Shown: in pieces, positions 27,601 to 43,900 of the stretch | Numbering within the stretch: the first letter of the stretch is position 1 | Layout: each line of letters begins with the position of its first letter | DNA from: Eledone cirrhosa | Taxonomy: Eukaryota | Assembly (NCBI GenBank): GCA_964016885.1 | Contig: CAXHJY010001327.1 | Coordinates: forward strand, 62,001 to 126,000 | Reading direction: 5' to 3' | Length of the DNA: 64,000 nucleotides | Notes under the pieces: model-generated | Databases searched by the model: none | Told to the model about the DNA's origin: nothing | Seen by the model: only the letters and a program-made list of their open reading frames with translations | Position numbers and translations under genes: made by a program

Positions 27601-30480
27601 TTAACCTAACTTAATAAAATACCAATATAATACTGTGGAACTTTAGTTAACCTAACTTAATAAAATACCATTCTAATACTGTGGAACTTTGGTTAACCGA
27701 GCTTAATAAAATACTATTATAATACTGTGGAACTTTGGTTAACCGAACTTAATAAAATACCAATATAATACTGTGGAATCTTGGTTAACCTAACTTAATA
27801 AAATACTATTATAATACTGTGGAACTTTGGTTAACCTAACTTAATAAAATACTATTATAATACTGTGGAACTTTGGTTAACCTAACCTAATAAAATACTA
27901 TTATAATACTATGGAACTTTGGTTAACCTAACTTAATAAAATACTATTATAATACTGTGGAACTTTAGTTAACCTAACTTAATAAAATACTAATACAATA
28001 CTGTGGTACCTTGGTTACCCTAACTTAATAAAATACTATTATAATACTGTGGAACCTTGGTTAACCTAACTTAATAAAATACTCTTATAATACTGTGGAA
28101 CTTTGGTTAACCTAACGTAATAAAATACCATTATAATACTGTGGAACATTGATTAATCTAACTTAATAGTATACCATTCTAATACTCTGGAACTTTGGTT
28201 AATCAAACTTAATAAAATACTATTTATAATACCGTGGAACCTTTTTGGTTAACCTAACTTGATAAAATACTATTATAATAGTGGAACTTTGGTTAACCTA
28301 ACTTAATAAAATACTATTATAATACTGTGGAACTTTGGTTAACCTAACTTAATAAAATACTATTATAATACTGTGGAACTTTGGTTAACCTAACTTAATA
28401 AAATACTATTATAATACTGTGGAACTTTGGTTAACCTAACTTAATAAAAGACTATTATAATACTGTGGAACTTTGGTTAACCTAACTTAATAAAATACTA
28501 TTATAATACTGTGGAACTTTGGTTAACCTAACTTAATAAAATACTATTATAATACTGTGGAACTTTGGTTAACCTAACTTAATAAAATACTTTTATAATA
28601 CTGTGGAACTTTGGTTAACCTAACTTAATAAAATACTATTATAATACTGTGGAACTTTGGTTAACCTAACTTAATAAAATACTATTTATAATACTGTGGG
28701 ACCTTGGTTAACCTAACTTAATAAAATACCAATATAATACTGTGGAACTTTGGTTAACCTAACTTAATAAAATACCATTCTAATACTGTGGAACTTTGGT
28801 TAACCTAACTTAATAAAATACTATTATAATACTGTGGAACATTCGTTAACCTAACTTAATAAAATACCAATATAATACTGCGGAACATTGGTTAACCTAA
28901 CTTAATAAAATATTATTATAATACTGTGGAACTTTGGTTAACCTAACTTAATAAAATACTATTATAATACTGTGGAACTTTGGTTAACCTAACTTAATAA
29001 AATACGAATATAAAACTGCGGAATTTTGGTTAACCTAACTTAATAAAATACTAATATAATACTGCGGAACATTGGTTAACCTAACTTAATAAAATACCAA
29101 TATAATACTGCGGAACTTCGGTTAACCTAACTTATTAAAATACTAATATAATACTGCGGAACATTGGTTGATCTAACTTAATAAAATACTATTTATAATA
29201 CTGTGGGACCTTGGTTAACCTAACTTAATAAAATACTATTATAATACTGTGGAACGTTGGTTAACCTAACTTAATAAAATACTATTATAATACTGTGGAA
29301 CTTTGGTTTAACCTAACTTAATAAAATACTATTTATAATACTGTGAAACCTTTGTTAACCTAACTTAATAAAATACTATTATAATACTGTGGAACTTTGG
29401 TTAACCTAACTTAATAAAATACCAATATAATACTGTGAAACTTTGGTTAACCTAACTTAATAAAATACCAATATAATACTGTGGAACTTTGGTTAACCTA
29501 ACGTAATAAAATACTATTATAATACTGTGGAACTTTGGTTAACCTAACTTAATAAAATACTATTATAATACTGTGGAACTTTGGTTAACCTAACTTAATA
29601 AAATACTATTATAATACTGTGGAACTTTGGTTAACCTAACTTAATAAAATACTATTATAAGACTGTGGAACTTTGGTTAACCTAACGTAATAAAATACTA
29701 TCATAATACTGTGGAACTTTGGTTAACCTAACTTAATAGAATACCATTCTAATACTGTGGAACTTTGGTTAACCTAACTTAATAAAATACTATTATAATA
29801 CTGTGGAACTTTGGTTAACCTAACTTAATAAAATACTATTATAAGACTGTGGAACTTTGGTTAACCTAACTTAATAAAATACTATCATAATACTGTGGAA
29901 CTTTGGTTAACCTAACTTAATAGAATACCATTATAATACTGCGGAACCTTGGTTAACCTAACTTAACAAAATACTATTATAATACTGTGGAACCTTGGTT
30001 AACCTAACTTAATAAAATACTCTTATAATAATGTGGAACTTTGGTTAACCTAACGTAATAAAATACCATTATAATACTGTGGAACTTTGGTTAACCTAAC
30101 TTAATAAAATACCATTATAATACTGTGGAACCTTGATTAATCTAACTTAATAGAATACCATTCTAATACTGTGGAACTTTGGTTAATCAAACTTAAAATA
30201 CTATTTATAATACCGTGGAACCTTTTTGGTTAACCTAACTTGATAAAATACTATTATAATAGTGGAACTTGGGTTAACCTAACTTAATAAAATACTATTA
30301 TAATACTGTGGAACTTTGGTTAACCTAACTTAATAAAATACTATTATAATACTGTGGAACTTTGGTTAACCTAACTTAATAAAATACTATTATAATACTG
30401 TGGAACTTGGTTAACCTAACTTAATAAAATACTATTATAATACTGTGGAACTTTGGTTAACCTAACTTAATAAAATACTA
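24617..30480 (+). repeat. Higher-order tandem duplication, period 2,903 bp (~63 monomers), two copies; boundaries approximate
   Basis: Rare variants recur at exactly +2903: CCGAGC 24794/27697, AATAGTATA (GT at 25266/28169), CTTATTAAAA (ATT at 26231/29134), AACTTGGG (GGG at 27368/30271). Confidence 0.92.
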
Positions 30481-33400
30481 TTATAATACTGTGGAACTTT
30501 GGTTAACCTAACTTAATAAAATACTATTATAATACTGTGGAACTTTGGTCAACCTAACTTAATAAAATACTATTATAATACTGTGGAACTTTGGTTAACC
30601 TAACTTAATAAAATACTATTTATAATACTGTGGGACCTTGGTTAACCTAACTTAATAAAATACCAATATAATACTGTGGAACTTTGGTTAACCTAACTTA
30701 ATAAAATACCATTCTAATACTGTGGAACTTTGGTTAACCTAACTTAATAAAATACTATTATAATACTGTGGAACATTCATTAACCTAACTTAATAAAATA
30801 CCAATATAATACTGCGGAACATTGGTTAACCTAACTTAATAAAATATTATTATAATACTGTGGAACTTTGGTTAACCTAACTTAATAAAATACTATTATA
30901 ATACTGTGGAACTTTGGTTAACCTAACTTAATAAAATACTATTATAATACTGCGGAACATTGGTTAACCTAACTTAATAAAATACGAATATAAAACTGCG
31001 GAATTTTGGTTAACCTAACTTAATAAAATACTAATATAATACTGCGGAACATTGGTTGATCTAACTTAATAAAATACTATTTATAATACTGTGGGACCTT
31101 GGTTAACCTAACTTAATAAAATACTATTATAATACTGTGTAACTTTGGTTAACCTAACTTAATAAAATACCAATATAATACTGTGCAACCTTGGTTAACC
31201 TAACTTAATAAAATACTATTATAATACTGTGGAACGTTGGTTAACCTAACTTAATAAAATACTATTATAATACTGTGGAACTTTGGTTAACCTAACTTAA
31301 TAAAATACCAATATAATACTGTGAAACTTTGGTTAACCTAACTTAATAAAATACCAATATAATACTGTGGAACTTTGGTTAACCTAACGTAATAAAATAC
31401 TATTATAATACTGTGGAACTTTGGTAAACCTAACTTAATAAAAAACTATTATAATACTGTGGAACTTTGGTTAACCTAACCTAATAAAATACTATTATAA
31501 TACTGTGGAACTTTGGTTAACCTAACTTAATAAAATACTATTATAAGACTGTGGAACTTTGGTTAACCTAACTTAATAAAATACTATTATAAGACTGTGG
31601 AACTTTGGTTAACCTAACTTAATAAAATACTATCATAATACTGTGGAACTTTGGTTAACCTAACTTAATAGAATACCATTCTAATACTGTGGAACTTTGG
31701 TTAACCTAACTTAGTAAAATACTATCATAATACTGTGGAACTTTGGTTAACTAACTTAATAAAATACCATTATAATACTGCGGAACCTTGGTTAACCTAA
31801 CTTAACAAAATACTATTATAATACTGTGGAACCTTGGTTAACCTAACGTAATAAAATACCATTATAATACTGTGGAACTTTGGTTAACAAAACTTAATAA
31901 AATACTATTATAATACTGTGGAACTTTGGTTAACCTAACTTAATAAAATACCATTATAATACTGTGGAACCTTGATTAATCTAACTTAATAGAATACCAT
32001 TCTAATACTGTGGAACTTTGGTTAATCAAACTTAATAAAATACTATTTATAATACCGTGGAACCTTTTTGGTTAACCTAACTTAATAAAATACTATAATA
32101 ATACTGTGGAACGTTGTTTAACCTAACTTAATAAAATACCATTATAATACTGTGGAACCTTGATTAACCTAACTTAATAGAATACCATTCTAATACTGTG
32201 GAACTTTGGTTAATCAAACTTAATAAAATACTATTTATAATACCGTGGATCCTTTTTTGTTAACCTAACTTAATAAATACTATTATAATACTGTGGAACT
32301 TTAGTTAACCTATTTGGATAACCTAACTTAATAAAATACTATTATAATAGTGGAACTTTGGTTAACCTATTTGGTTAACAAAACTTAATAAAATACTATT
32401 ATAATAATGTGGAACCTTGGTTAACCTAACTTAATAAAATACTATTTATAATACTGTGGAACCTTTGTTAACCTAACCTAATAAAATACTATTATAATAC
32501 TGTGGAACTTTGGTTAACCTAACTTAATAAAATACTATTATAATACTGTGGAACTTTGGTTAACCGAACTTAAAATACCAATATAATACTGTGGAACTTT
32601 GCTTAACCTAACGTAATAAAATACTATTATAATACTGTGGAACTTTGGTTAACCTAACTTAATAAAAAACTATTATAATACTGTGGAACTTTGGTTAACC
32701 TAACCTAATAAAATACTATTATAATACTATGGAACTTTGGTTAACCTAACTTAATAAAATACTATCATAATACTGTGGAACTTTGGTTAACCAAACTTAA
32801 TAGAATACCATTCTAATACTGTGGAACTTTGGTTAACCTAACTTAATAAAATACCATTATAATACTGTGGAACTTTGGTTAATCAAACTTAATAAAATAC
32901 TATTTATAATACCGTGGAACCTTTTTGGTTAACCTAACTTGATAAAATATTATTATAATAGTGGAACTTTGTTTAACCTATTTGGTTAACCTAACTTAAT
33001 AAAATACTATTTATAATACTGTGGAACTTTGGTTAACCTACCTTAATAAAATACTATTTATAATACTGTGGAACCTTTGTTAACCTAACTTAATAAAATA
33101 CTATTATAATACTGTGGAACTTTGGTTAACCTAACTTAATAAAATACTATTATAATACTGTGGAACTTTGGTTAACCTAACTTAATAAAATACTATTTAT
33201 AATACTGTGGGACCTTGGTTAACCTAACTTAATAAAAAACCAATATAATACTGTGGAACTTTGGTTAACCTAACTTAATAAAATACCATTCTAATACTGT
33301 GGAACTTTGGTTAACCTAACTTAATAAAATACTATTATAATACTGTGGAACATTCGGTAACCTAACTTAATAAAATACCAATATAATACTGCGGAACATT

Positions 33401-36400
33401 GGTTAACCTAACTTAATAAAATATTATTATAATACTGTGGAACTTTGGTTAACCTAACTTAATAAAATACTATTATAATACTGTGGAACTTTGGTTAACC
33501 TAACTTAATAAAATACTATTATAATACTGCGGAACATTGGTTAACCTAACTTAATAAAATACGAATATAAAACTGCGGAATTTTGGTTAACCTAACTTAA
33601 TAAAATACTAATATAATACTGCGGAACATTGGTTAACCTAACTTAATAAAATACCAATATAATACTGCGGAACTTTGGTTAACCTAACTTAATAAAATAC
33701 TAATATAATACTGCGGAACATTGGTTGATCTAACTTAATAAAATACTATTTATAATACTGTGGGACCTTGGTTAACCTAACTTAATAAAATACTATTATA
33801 ATACTGTGTAACTTTGGTTAACCTAACTTAATAAAATACCAATATAATACTGTGCAACCTTGGTTAACCTAACTTAATAAAATACTATTATAATACTGAG
33901 GAACGTTGGTTAACCTAACTTAATAAAATACTATTATAATACTGTGGAACTTTGGTTAACCTAACTTAATAAAATACCAATATAATACTGTGAAACTTTG
34001 GTTAACCTAACTTAATAAAATACCAATATAATACTGTGGAACTTTGGTTAACCTAACGTAATAAAATACTATTATAATACTGTGGAACTTTGGTTAACCT
34101 AACTTAATAAAATACTATTATAATACTGTGGAACTTTGGTTAACCTAACTTAATAAAATACTATTATAAGACTGTGGAACTTTGGTTAACCTAACTTAAT
34201 AAAATACTATTATAAGACTGTGGAACTTTGGTTAACCTAACTTAATAAAATACTATCATAATACTGTGGAACTTTGGTTAACCTAACTTAATAGAATACC
34301 ATTCTAATACTGTGGAACTTTGGTTAACCTAACTTAGTAAAATACTATCATAATACTGTGGAACTTTGGTTAACTAACTTAATAAAATACCATTATAATA
34401 CTGCGGAACCTTGGTTAACCTAACTTAACAAAATACTATTATAATACTGTGGAACCTTGGTTAACCTAACTTAATAAAATACTCTTATAATACTGTGGAA
34501 CTTTGGTTAACCTAACGTAATAAAATACTATTATAATACTGTGGAACTTTGGTTAACAAAACTTAATAAAATACTATTATAATACTGTGGAACTTTGGTT
34601 AACCTAACTTAATAAAATACCATTATAATACTGTGGAACCTTGATTAATCTAACTTAATAGAATACCATTCTAATACTGTGGAACTTTGGTTAATCAAAC
34701 TTAATAAAATACTATTTATAATACCGTGGAACCTTTTTGGTTAACCTAACTTAATAAAATACTATAATAATACTGTGGAACGTTGTTTAACCTAACTTAA
34801 TAAAATACCATTATAATACTGTGGAACCTTGATTAACCTAACTTAATAGAATACCATTCTAATACTGTGGAACTTTGGTTAATCAAACTTAATAAAATAC
34901 TATTTATAATACCGTGGATCCTTTTTTGTTAACCTAACTTAATAAAATACTATTATAATAGTGGAACTTTGGTTAACCTATTTGGTTAACAAAACTTAAT
35001 AAAATACTATTATAATAATGTGGAACCTTGGTTAACCTAACTTAATAAAATACTATTTATAATACTGTGGAACCTTTGTTAAACTAACCTAATAAAATAC
35101 TATTATAATACTGTGGAACTTTGGTTAACCGAACTTAATAAAATACCAATATAATACTGTGGAACTTTGCTTAACCTAACGTAATAAAATACTATTATAA
35201 TACTGTGGAACTTTGGTTAACCTAACTTAATAAAATACTATTATAATACTGTGGAACTTTGGTTAACCTAACCTAATAAAATACTATTATAATACTATGG
35301 AACTTTGGTTAACCTAACTTAATAAAATACTATCATAATACTGTGGAACTTTGGTTAACCTAACTTAATAGAATACCATTCTAATACTGTGGAACTTTGG
35401 TTAACCTAACTTAGTAAAATACTATCATAATACTGTGGAACCTTGGTTAACCTAACTTAATAAAATACCATTATAATACTGTGGAACTTTGGTTAATCAA
35501 ACTTAATAAAATACTATTTATAATACCGTGGAACCTTTTTGGTTAACCTAACTTGATAAAATATTATTATAATAGTGGAACTTTGTTTAACCTATTTGGT
35601 TAACCTAACTTAATAAAATACTATTTATAATACTGTGGAACTTTGGTTAACCTAACTTAATAAAATACTATTTATAATACTGTGGAACCTTTGTTAACCT
35701 AACTTAATAAAATACTATTATAATACTGTGGAACTTTGGTTAACCTAACTTAATAAAATACCAATATAATACTGTGGCACTTTGGTTAACCTAACTTAAT
35801 AAAATACTATTATAATACTGTGGAACTTTGGTTAACCGAACTTAATGAAATAATATTATAATACTGTGGAACTTTGGTTAACCGAACTTAATAAAATACC
35901 AATATAATACTGTGGAACTTTGGTTAACCTAACAATAAAATACTATTATAATACTGTGGAACTTTGGTTAACCTAACTTAATAAAATACTATTATAATAC
36001 TGTGGAACTTTGGTTAACCTAACTTAATAAAATACCATTATAATACTGTGGAACCTTGGTTAACCTAACTTAATAAAATACTATCATAATACTGTGGAAC
36101 TTTGGTTAACCTAACTTAATAGAATACCATTCTAATACTGTGGAACTTTGGTTGACCTAACTTAATAAAATACTATCATAATACTGTGGAACTTTGGTTA
36201 ACCTAACTTAATAAAATACTAATATAATACTGCGGAACATTGGTTAACCTAACTTAATAAAATACGAATATAATACTGCGGAACTTTGGTTAACCTAACT
36301 TAATAAAATACCATTATAATACTGTGGAACTTTAGTTAACCTAACTAAATAAAATACCATTATAATACTGTGGAACATTGGTTAACCTAACTTAATAGAT

Positions 36401-37297
36401 TACCATTCTAATACTGTGGAAGTTTGGTTAAACAAACTTAATAAAATACTATTTATAATACCATGGAACCTTTTTGGTTAACCTAACTTAATAGAATACT
36501 ATTATAATACTGTGGAACTTTGGTTAACCTATTTGGTTAACTTAACTCAAAATTCTAATACAATACTGCGGAACATTGGTTAACCTAACTTAATAAAATA
36601 CTATTATAATACTGTGGAACCTTGGTTAACCTAACTTAATAAAATACTATTATAATACTGTGGAACTTTGGTTAACCTAACGTAATAAAATACTATTTAT
36701 AATACCATGGAACCTTTTTGGTTAACCTAACTTAATAAAATACTATAATAATACTGTGGAACTTTGGTTAACCTAAGTTAATAAAATACCATTATAATAC
36801 TGTGGAACCTTGATTAACCTAACTTAATAGAATACCATTCTAATACTGTGGAACTTTGGTTAATCAAATTAATAAAATACTATTTATAATACCGTGGAAC
36901 CTTTTTGGTTAACCTAACTTAATAAAATACTATTATAATACTGTGGAACTTTAGTTAACCTATTTGGTTAACCTAACTTGATAAAATACTATTATAATAG
37001 TGTGGAACCTTGGTTAACCTAACTTAATAAAATACTATTATAATACTGTGGAAGTTTGGTTAACCAAACTTAATAAAATAGTATTATAATACTGTGGAAC
37101 TTTGGTGAACCTATTTGGTTAACCAAACATAATAAAATACTATTTATAATACTGTGGAACTTTGGTTAACCTCACTTAATAAAATAGCAATATAATACTG
37201 TGGAACTTTGGTTAACCTAACTTAATAAAATACCAATATAATACTGTGGAACTTTTGTTAACCTAACTTAATAAAATACTATTATAATACTGTGGAA

Positions 37298-37467
37298 CCA
37301 CAGTATTATAATGGTATTTTATTAAGTTAGGTTAATCAAAGTTCCACAGTATTATAATTGTTTCCACTTTTGGCACAAGGCCATCAATTACCCAATACAT
37401 TACTGATAAAATAAAGTACAAGTAATGTACTGAGTATTTGATGGCCTTCTGCCAAAAGTGGAAACAA
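37298..37467. repeat. Cassette copy 13 (subtype D)
   Basis: GGCCTTCTGCC and CCCAATAC markers. Confidence 0.96.
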
Positions 37468-37815
37468 TTATAATACTGTGGAACTCTGGTTAACCTAACT
37501 TAATAAAATACTATTATAATACTGTGGAACTTTGGTTAACCTAACTTAATAAAATACTATTATAATACTGTGGAACTTTGGTTAACCTAACTTAATAAAA
37601 TACTATTATAATACTGTGGAACTTTGGTTAATCTATTTGGTTAACTTAACTCAAAATACTATTACAATACTGCGGAACATTGGTTAACATAACTTAATAA
37701 AATACCAATATAATACTGTGGAACCCTGGTTAACCTAACTTAATAAGATACGAATATAATACTGCGGAACTTTGGTTAACCTAACTTAATAAAATACTAA
37801 TATAATACTGCGGAA

Positions 37816-37984
37816 CCACAGTATTATAATGGTATTTTATTAAGTTAGGTTAACCAAAGTTCCACAGTATTATAATTATTTCCACTTTTGGCACAAGGCC
37901 ATCAATTACCCAGTACATTACTGATAAAATAAAGTACCAGTAATGTACTGATAATTGATGGCCTTGTGCCAAAAGTGGAAACAA
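37816..37984. repeat. Cassette copy 14 (subtype E, 1-bp deletion)
   Basis: GCGGAACCAC turn, TTATTTCC core start, GTACCAGTAATGTACTGATAATTG. Confidence 0.96.
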
Positions 37985-38951
37985 TTATAATACTGTGGAA
38001 CTTTGGTTAACCTAACTTAAAAAAATACTATTTATAATACTGTGGGACCTTGGTTAACCTAACTTAATAAAATACCAATATAATACTGTGGAACTTTGGT
38101 AAACCTAACTTAATAAAATACCATTCTAATACTGTGGAACTTTGGTTAACCTAACTTAATAAAATACTATTATAATTCTGTGGGACTTTCGTTAACCTAT
38201 CTTAATAAAATACCAATATAATACTGCGGAACATTGGTTAACCTAACTTAATAAAATATTATTATAATACTGTGGAACTTTGGTTAACCTAACTTAATAA
38301 AATACTAATATAATACTGCGGAACATTGGTTAACCTAACTTAATAAAATACGAATATAATACTGCGGAACTTTGGTTAACCTAACTTAATAAAATACCAT
38401 TATAATACTGTGGAACCTTGATTAACCTAACTTAATAGAATACCATTCTAATACTGTGGAACTTTGGTTAATCAAATTAATAAAATACTATTTATAATAC
38501 CGTGGAACCTTTTTGGTTAACCTAACTTAATAAAATACTATTATAATACTGTGGAACTTTAGTTAACCTATTTGGTTAACCTAACTTAATAAAATACTAT
38601 TATAATAGTGTGGAACCTTGGTTAACCTAACTTAATAAAATACTATTATAATACTGTGGAAGTTTGGTTAACCAAACTTAATAAAATAGTATTATAATCC
38701 TCTGGAACTTTGGTGAACCTATTTGGTTAACCAAACTTAATAAAATACTATTTATAATACTGTGGAACTTTGGTTAACCTCACTTAATAAAATAGCAATA
38801 TAATACTGTGGAACTTTGGTTAACCTAACTTAATAAAATACTATTATAATACTGTGGAACTTTTGTTAACCTAACTTAATAAAATACTATTATAATACTG
38901 TGGAAGTTTGGTTAACCAAACTTAATAAAATACCATTATAATACTGTGGAA

Positions 38952-39121
38952 CCACAGTATTATAATGGTATTTTATTAAGTTAGGTTAATCAAAGTTCCA
39001 CAGTATTATAATTGTTTCCACTTTTGGCACAAGGCCATCAATTACCCAGTACATTACTGATAAAATAAAGTACAAGTAATGTACTGAGTATTTGATGGCC
39101 TTCTGCCAAAAGTGGAAACAA
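38952..39121. repeat. Cassette copy 15 (subtype D-like)
   Basis: GGCCTTCTGCC marker, but retains CCCAGTAC. Confidence 0.96.
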
Positions 39122-39930
39122 TTATAATACTGTGGAACTCTGGTTAACCTAACTTAATAAAATACTATTATAATACTGTGGAACTTTGGTTAACCTAACT
39201 TAATAAAATACTATTATAATACTGTGGAACTTTAGTTAACCTAACTTAATAAAATACCATTATAATACTGTGGCACTTTGGTTAACCTAACTTAATAAAA
39301 TACTATTATAATACTGTGGAACTTTGGTTAATCTATTTGGTTAACTTAACTCAAAATACTATTACAATACTGCGGAACCTTGGTTAACATAACTTAATAA
39401 AATACCAATATAATACTGTGGAACCCTGGTTAACCTAACTTAATAAGATACGAATATAATACTGCGGAACTTTGGTTAACCTAACTTAATAAAATACTAA
39501 TATAATACTGCGGAACATTGGTTAACCTAACTTAATAAAATACCAATATAACACTGCGGAACTTTGGTTAACCTAACTTAATAAAATACTAATATAATAC
39601 TGCGGAACATTGGTTGATCTAACTTAATAAAATACTATTTATAATACTGTGGGACCTTGGTTAACCTAACTTAATAAAATACTATTATAATACTGTGTAA
39701 CTTTGGTTAACCTAACTTAATAAAATACCAATATAATACTGTGCAACCTTGGTTAACCTAACTTAATAAAATACTATTATAATACTGTGGAACTTTGGTT
39801 AACCTAACTTAATAAAATACTATTATAATACTGTGGAACTTTGGTTAACATAACTTAATAAAATACCAATATAATACTGTGGAACCCTGGTTAACCAAAC
39901 TTAATAAAATACCATTATAATACTGTGGAA

Positions 39931-40100
39931 CCACAGTATTATAATGGTATTTTATTAAGTTAGGTTAACCAAAGTTCCACATTATTATAATTATTTCCAC
40001 TTTTGGCACAAAGCCATCAATTACCCAGTACATTACTGATAAAATAAAGTACCAGTAATGTACTGACTAATTGATGGCCTTGTGCCAAAAGTGGAAACAA
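39931..40100. repeat. Cassette copy 16 (subtype F)
   Basis: CCACATTATT, CAAAGCC and CTGACTAATTG markers, followed by CTGTTGAAC. Confidence 0.96.
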
Positions 40101-43100
40101 TTATAATACTGTTGAACTTTGGTTAACCTAACTTAATAAAATACTATTTATAATACTGTGGGACCTTGGTAAACCTAACTTAATAAAATACCAATATAAT
40201 ACTGTGGAACTTTGGTTAACCTAACTTAATAAAATACCATTCTAATACTGTGGAACTTTGGTTAACCTAACTTAATAAAATACTATTATAATACTGTGGA
40301 ACTTTCGTTAACCTAACTTAATAAAATACCAATATAATACTGCGGAACATTGGTTAACCTAACTTAATAAAATACTAATATAATACTGCGGAACATTGGT
40401 TAACCTAACTTAATAAAATACGAATATAAAACTGCGGAACATTGGTTAACCTAACTTAATAAAATACCAATATAATACTGCGGAACTTTGGTTAACCTAA
40501 CTTAATAGAATACCATTCTAATACTGTGGAACTTTGGTTAACCTAACTTAATAAAATACTATCATAATACTGTGGAACCTTGGTTAACCTAACTTAATAA
40601 AATACCATTATAATACTGTGGAACTTTGGTTAACCTAACTTAATAAAATACTATTATAATACTGTGTAACTTTGGTTAACCTAACTTAATAAAATACTAT
40701 TATAATACTGTGTAACTTTGGTTAACCTAACTTAATAAAATACTATTATAATACTGTAGAACCTTGGTTAACCTAACTTAATAAAATACTCTTATAATAC
40801 TGTGGAACTTTGGTTAACCTAACGTAATAAAATACCATTATAATACTGTGGAACTTTGGTTAACAAAACTTAATAAAATACTAGTATAATAATGTGGAAC
40901 TTTGGTTAACCTAACTTAATAAAATACCATTATAATACTGTGGAACCTTGATTAACCTAACTTAATAGAATACCATTCTAATACTTTGGAACTTTGGTTA
41001 ATCAAACTTAATAAAATACTATTTATAATACCGTGGATCCTTTTTTGTTAACCTAACTTAATAAAATACTATTATAATACTGTGGAACTTTAGTTAACCT
41101 ATTTGGTTAACCTAACTTAATAAAATACTATTATAATAGTGGAACTTTGGTTAACCTATTTGGTTAACAAAACTTAATAAAATACTATTATAATAGTGTG
41201 GAACCTTGGTTAACCTAACTTAATAAAATACTATTTATAATACTGTGGAACCTTTGTTAACCTAACTTAATAAAATACTATTATAATACTGTGGAACTTT
41301 GGTTAACCTAATTTAATAAAATACCAATATAATACTGTGGAACTTTGGTTAACCTAACTTAATAAAATACTATTATAATACTGTGGAACTTTGGTTAACC
41401 GAACTTAATAAAATACTATTATAATACTGTGGAACTTTGGTTAACCGAACTTAATAAAATACCAATATAATACTGTGGAACTTTGCTTAACCTAACGTAA
41501 TAAAATACTATTATAATACTGTGGAACTTTGGTTAACCTAACTTAATAAAATACTATTATAATACTGTGGAACTTTGTATAACCTAACTTAATAAAATAC
41601 CATTATAATACTGTGGAATCTTGGTTAACCTAACTTAATAAAATACTATTATAATACTGTGGAACGTTGGTTAACCTAACTTAATAAAATACTATTATAA
41701 TACTGTGGAACTTTGGTTAACCTAACCTAATAAAATACTATTATAATACTATGGAACTTTGGTTAACCTAACTTAATAAAATACTATTATAATACTGTGG
41801 AACTTTAGTTAACCTATTTGGTTAACCTAACTTAATAAAATACTAATACAATACTGTGGTACCTTGGTTATCCTAACTTAATAAAATACTATTATAATAC
41901 TGTGGAACCTTGGTTAACCTAACTTAATAAAATACTCTTATAATACTGTGGAACTTTGGTTAACCTAACGTAATAAAATACCATTATAATACTGTGGAAC
42001 CTTGATTAATCTAACTTAATAGAATACCATTCTAATACTGTGGAACTTTGGATAATCAAACTTAATAAAATACTATTTATAATACCGTGGAACCTTTTTG
42101 GTTAACCTAACTTAATAAAATACTATCATAATACTGTGGAACTTTGGTTAACTAACTTAATAAAATACCATTATAATACTGCGGAACCTTGGTTAACCTA
42201 ACTTAACAAAATACTATTATAATACTGTGGAACCTTGGTTAACCTAACTTAATAAAATACTCTTATAATACTGTGGAACTTTGGTTAACCTAACGTAATA
42301 AAATACCATTATAATACTGTGGAACTTTGGTTAACAAAACTTAATAAAATACTATTATAATACTGTGGAACTTTGGTTAACCTAACTTAATAAAATACCA
42401 TTATAATACTGTGGAACCTTGATTAATCTAACTTAATAGAATACCATTCTAATACTGTGGAACTTTGGTTAATCAAACTTAATAAAATACTATTTATAAT
42501 ACCGTGGAACTTTAGTTAACCTATTTGGTTAACCTAACTTAATAAAATACTATTATAATAGTGGAACTTTGGTTAACCTATTTGGTTAACAAAACTTAAT
42601 AAAATACTATTATAATAATGTGGAACCTTGGTTAACCTAACTTAATAAAATACTATTTATAATACTGTGGAACCTTTGTTAACCTAACCTAATAAAATAC
42701 TATTATAATACTGTGGAACTTTGGTTAACCTAACTTAATAAAATACTATTATAATACTGTGGAACTTTGGTTAACCGAACTTAATAAAATACTATTATAA
42801 TACTGTGGAACTTTGGTTAACCGAACTTAATAAAATACCAATATAATACTGTGGAACTTTGCTTAACCTAACGTAATAAAATACTATTATAATACTGTGG
42901 AACTTTGGTTAACCTAACTTAATAAAATACTATTATAATACTGTGGAACTTTGTATAACCTAACTTAATAAAATACCATTATAATACTGTGGAATCTTGG
43001 TTAACCTAACTTAATAAAATACTATTATAATACTGTGGAACTTTGGTTAACCTAACTTAATAAAATACTATTATAATACTGTGGAACTTTGGTTAACCTA

Positions 43101-43730
43101 ACTTAATAAAATACTATTATAATACTGTGGAACTTTGTATAACCTAACTTAATAAAATACCATTATAATACTGTGGAATCTTGGTTAACCTAACGTAATA
43201 AAATACTATTATAATACTGCGGAACATTGGTTAACCTAACTTAATAAAATACGAATATAATACTGCGGAATTTGGTTAACCTAACTTAATAAAATACTAA
43301 TATAATACTGCGGAACATTGGTTAACCTAACTTAATAAAATACCAATATAACACTGCGGAACTTTGGTTAACCTAACTTAATAAAATACTAATATAATAC
43401 TGCGGAACATTGGTTGATCTAACTTAATAAAATACTATTTATAATACTGTGGGACCTTGGTTAACCTAACTTAATAAAATACTATTATAATACTGTGTAA
43501 CTTTGGTTAACCTAACTTAATAAAATACCAATATAATACTGTGCAACCTTGGTTAACCTAACTTAATAAAATACTATTATAATACTGTGGAACTTTGGTT
43601 AACCTAACTTAATAAAATACTATTATAATACTGTGGAACTTTGGTTAACATAACTTAATAAAATACCAATATAATACTGTGGAACCCTGGTTAACCAAAC
43701 TTAATAAAATACCATTATAATACTGTGGAA

Positions 43731-43900
43731 CCACAGTATTATAATGGTATTTTATTAAGTTAGGTTAACCAAAGTTCCACATTATTATAATTATTTCCAC
43801 TTTTGGCACAAAGCCATCAATTACCCAGTACATTACTGATAAAATAAAGTACCAGTAATGTACTGACTAATTGATGGCCTTGTGCCAAAAGTGGAAACAA
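43731..43900. repeat. Cassette copy 17 (subtype F)
   Basis: Subtype F markers. Confidence 0.96.
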
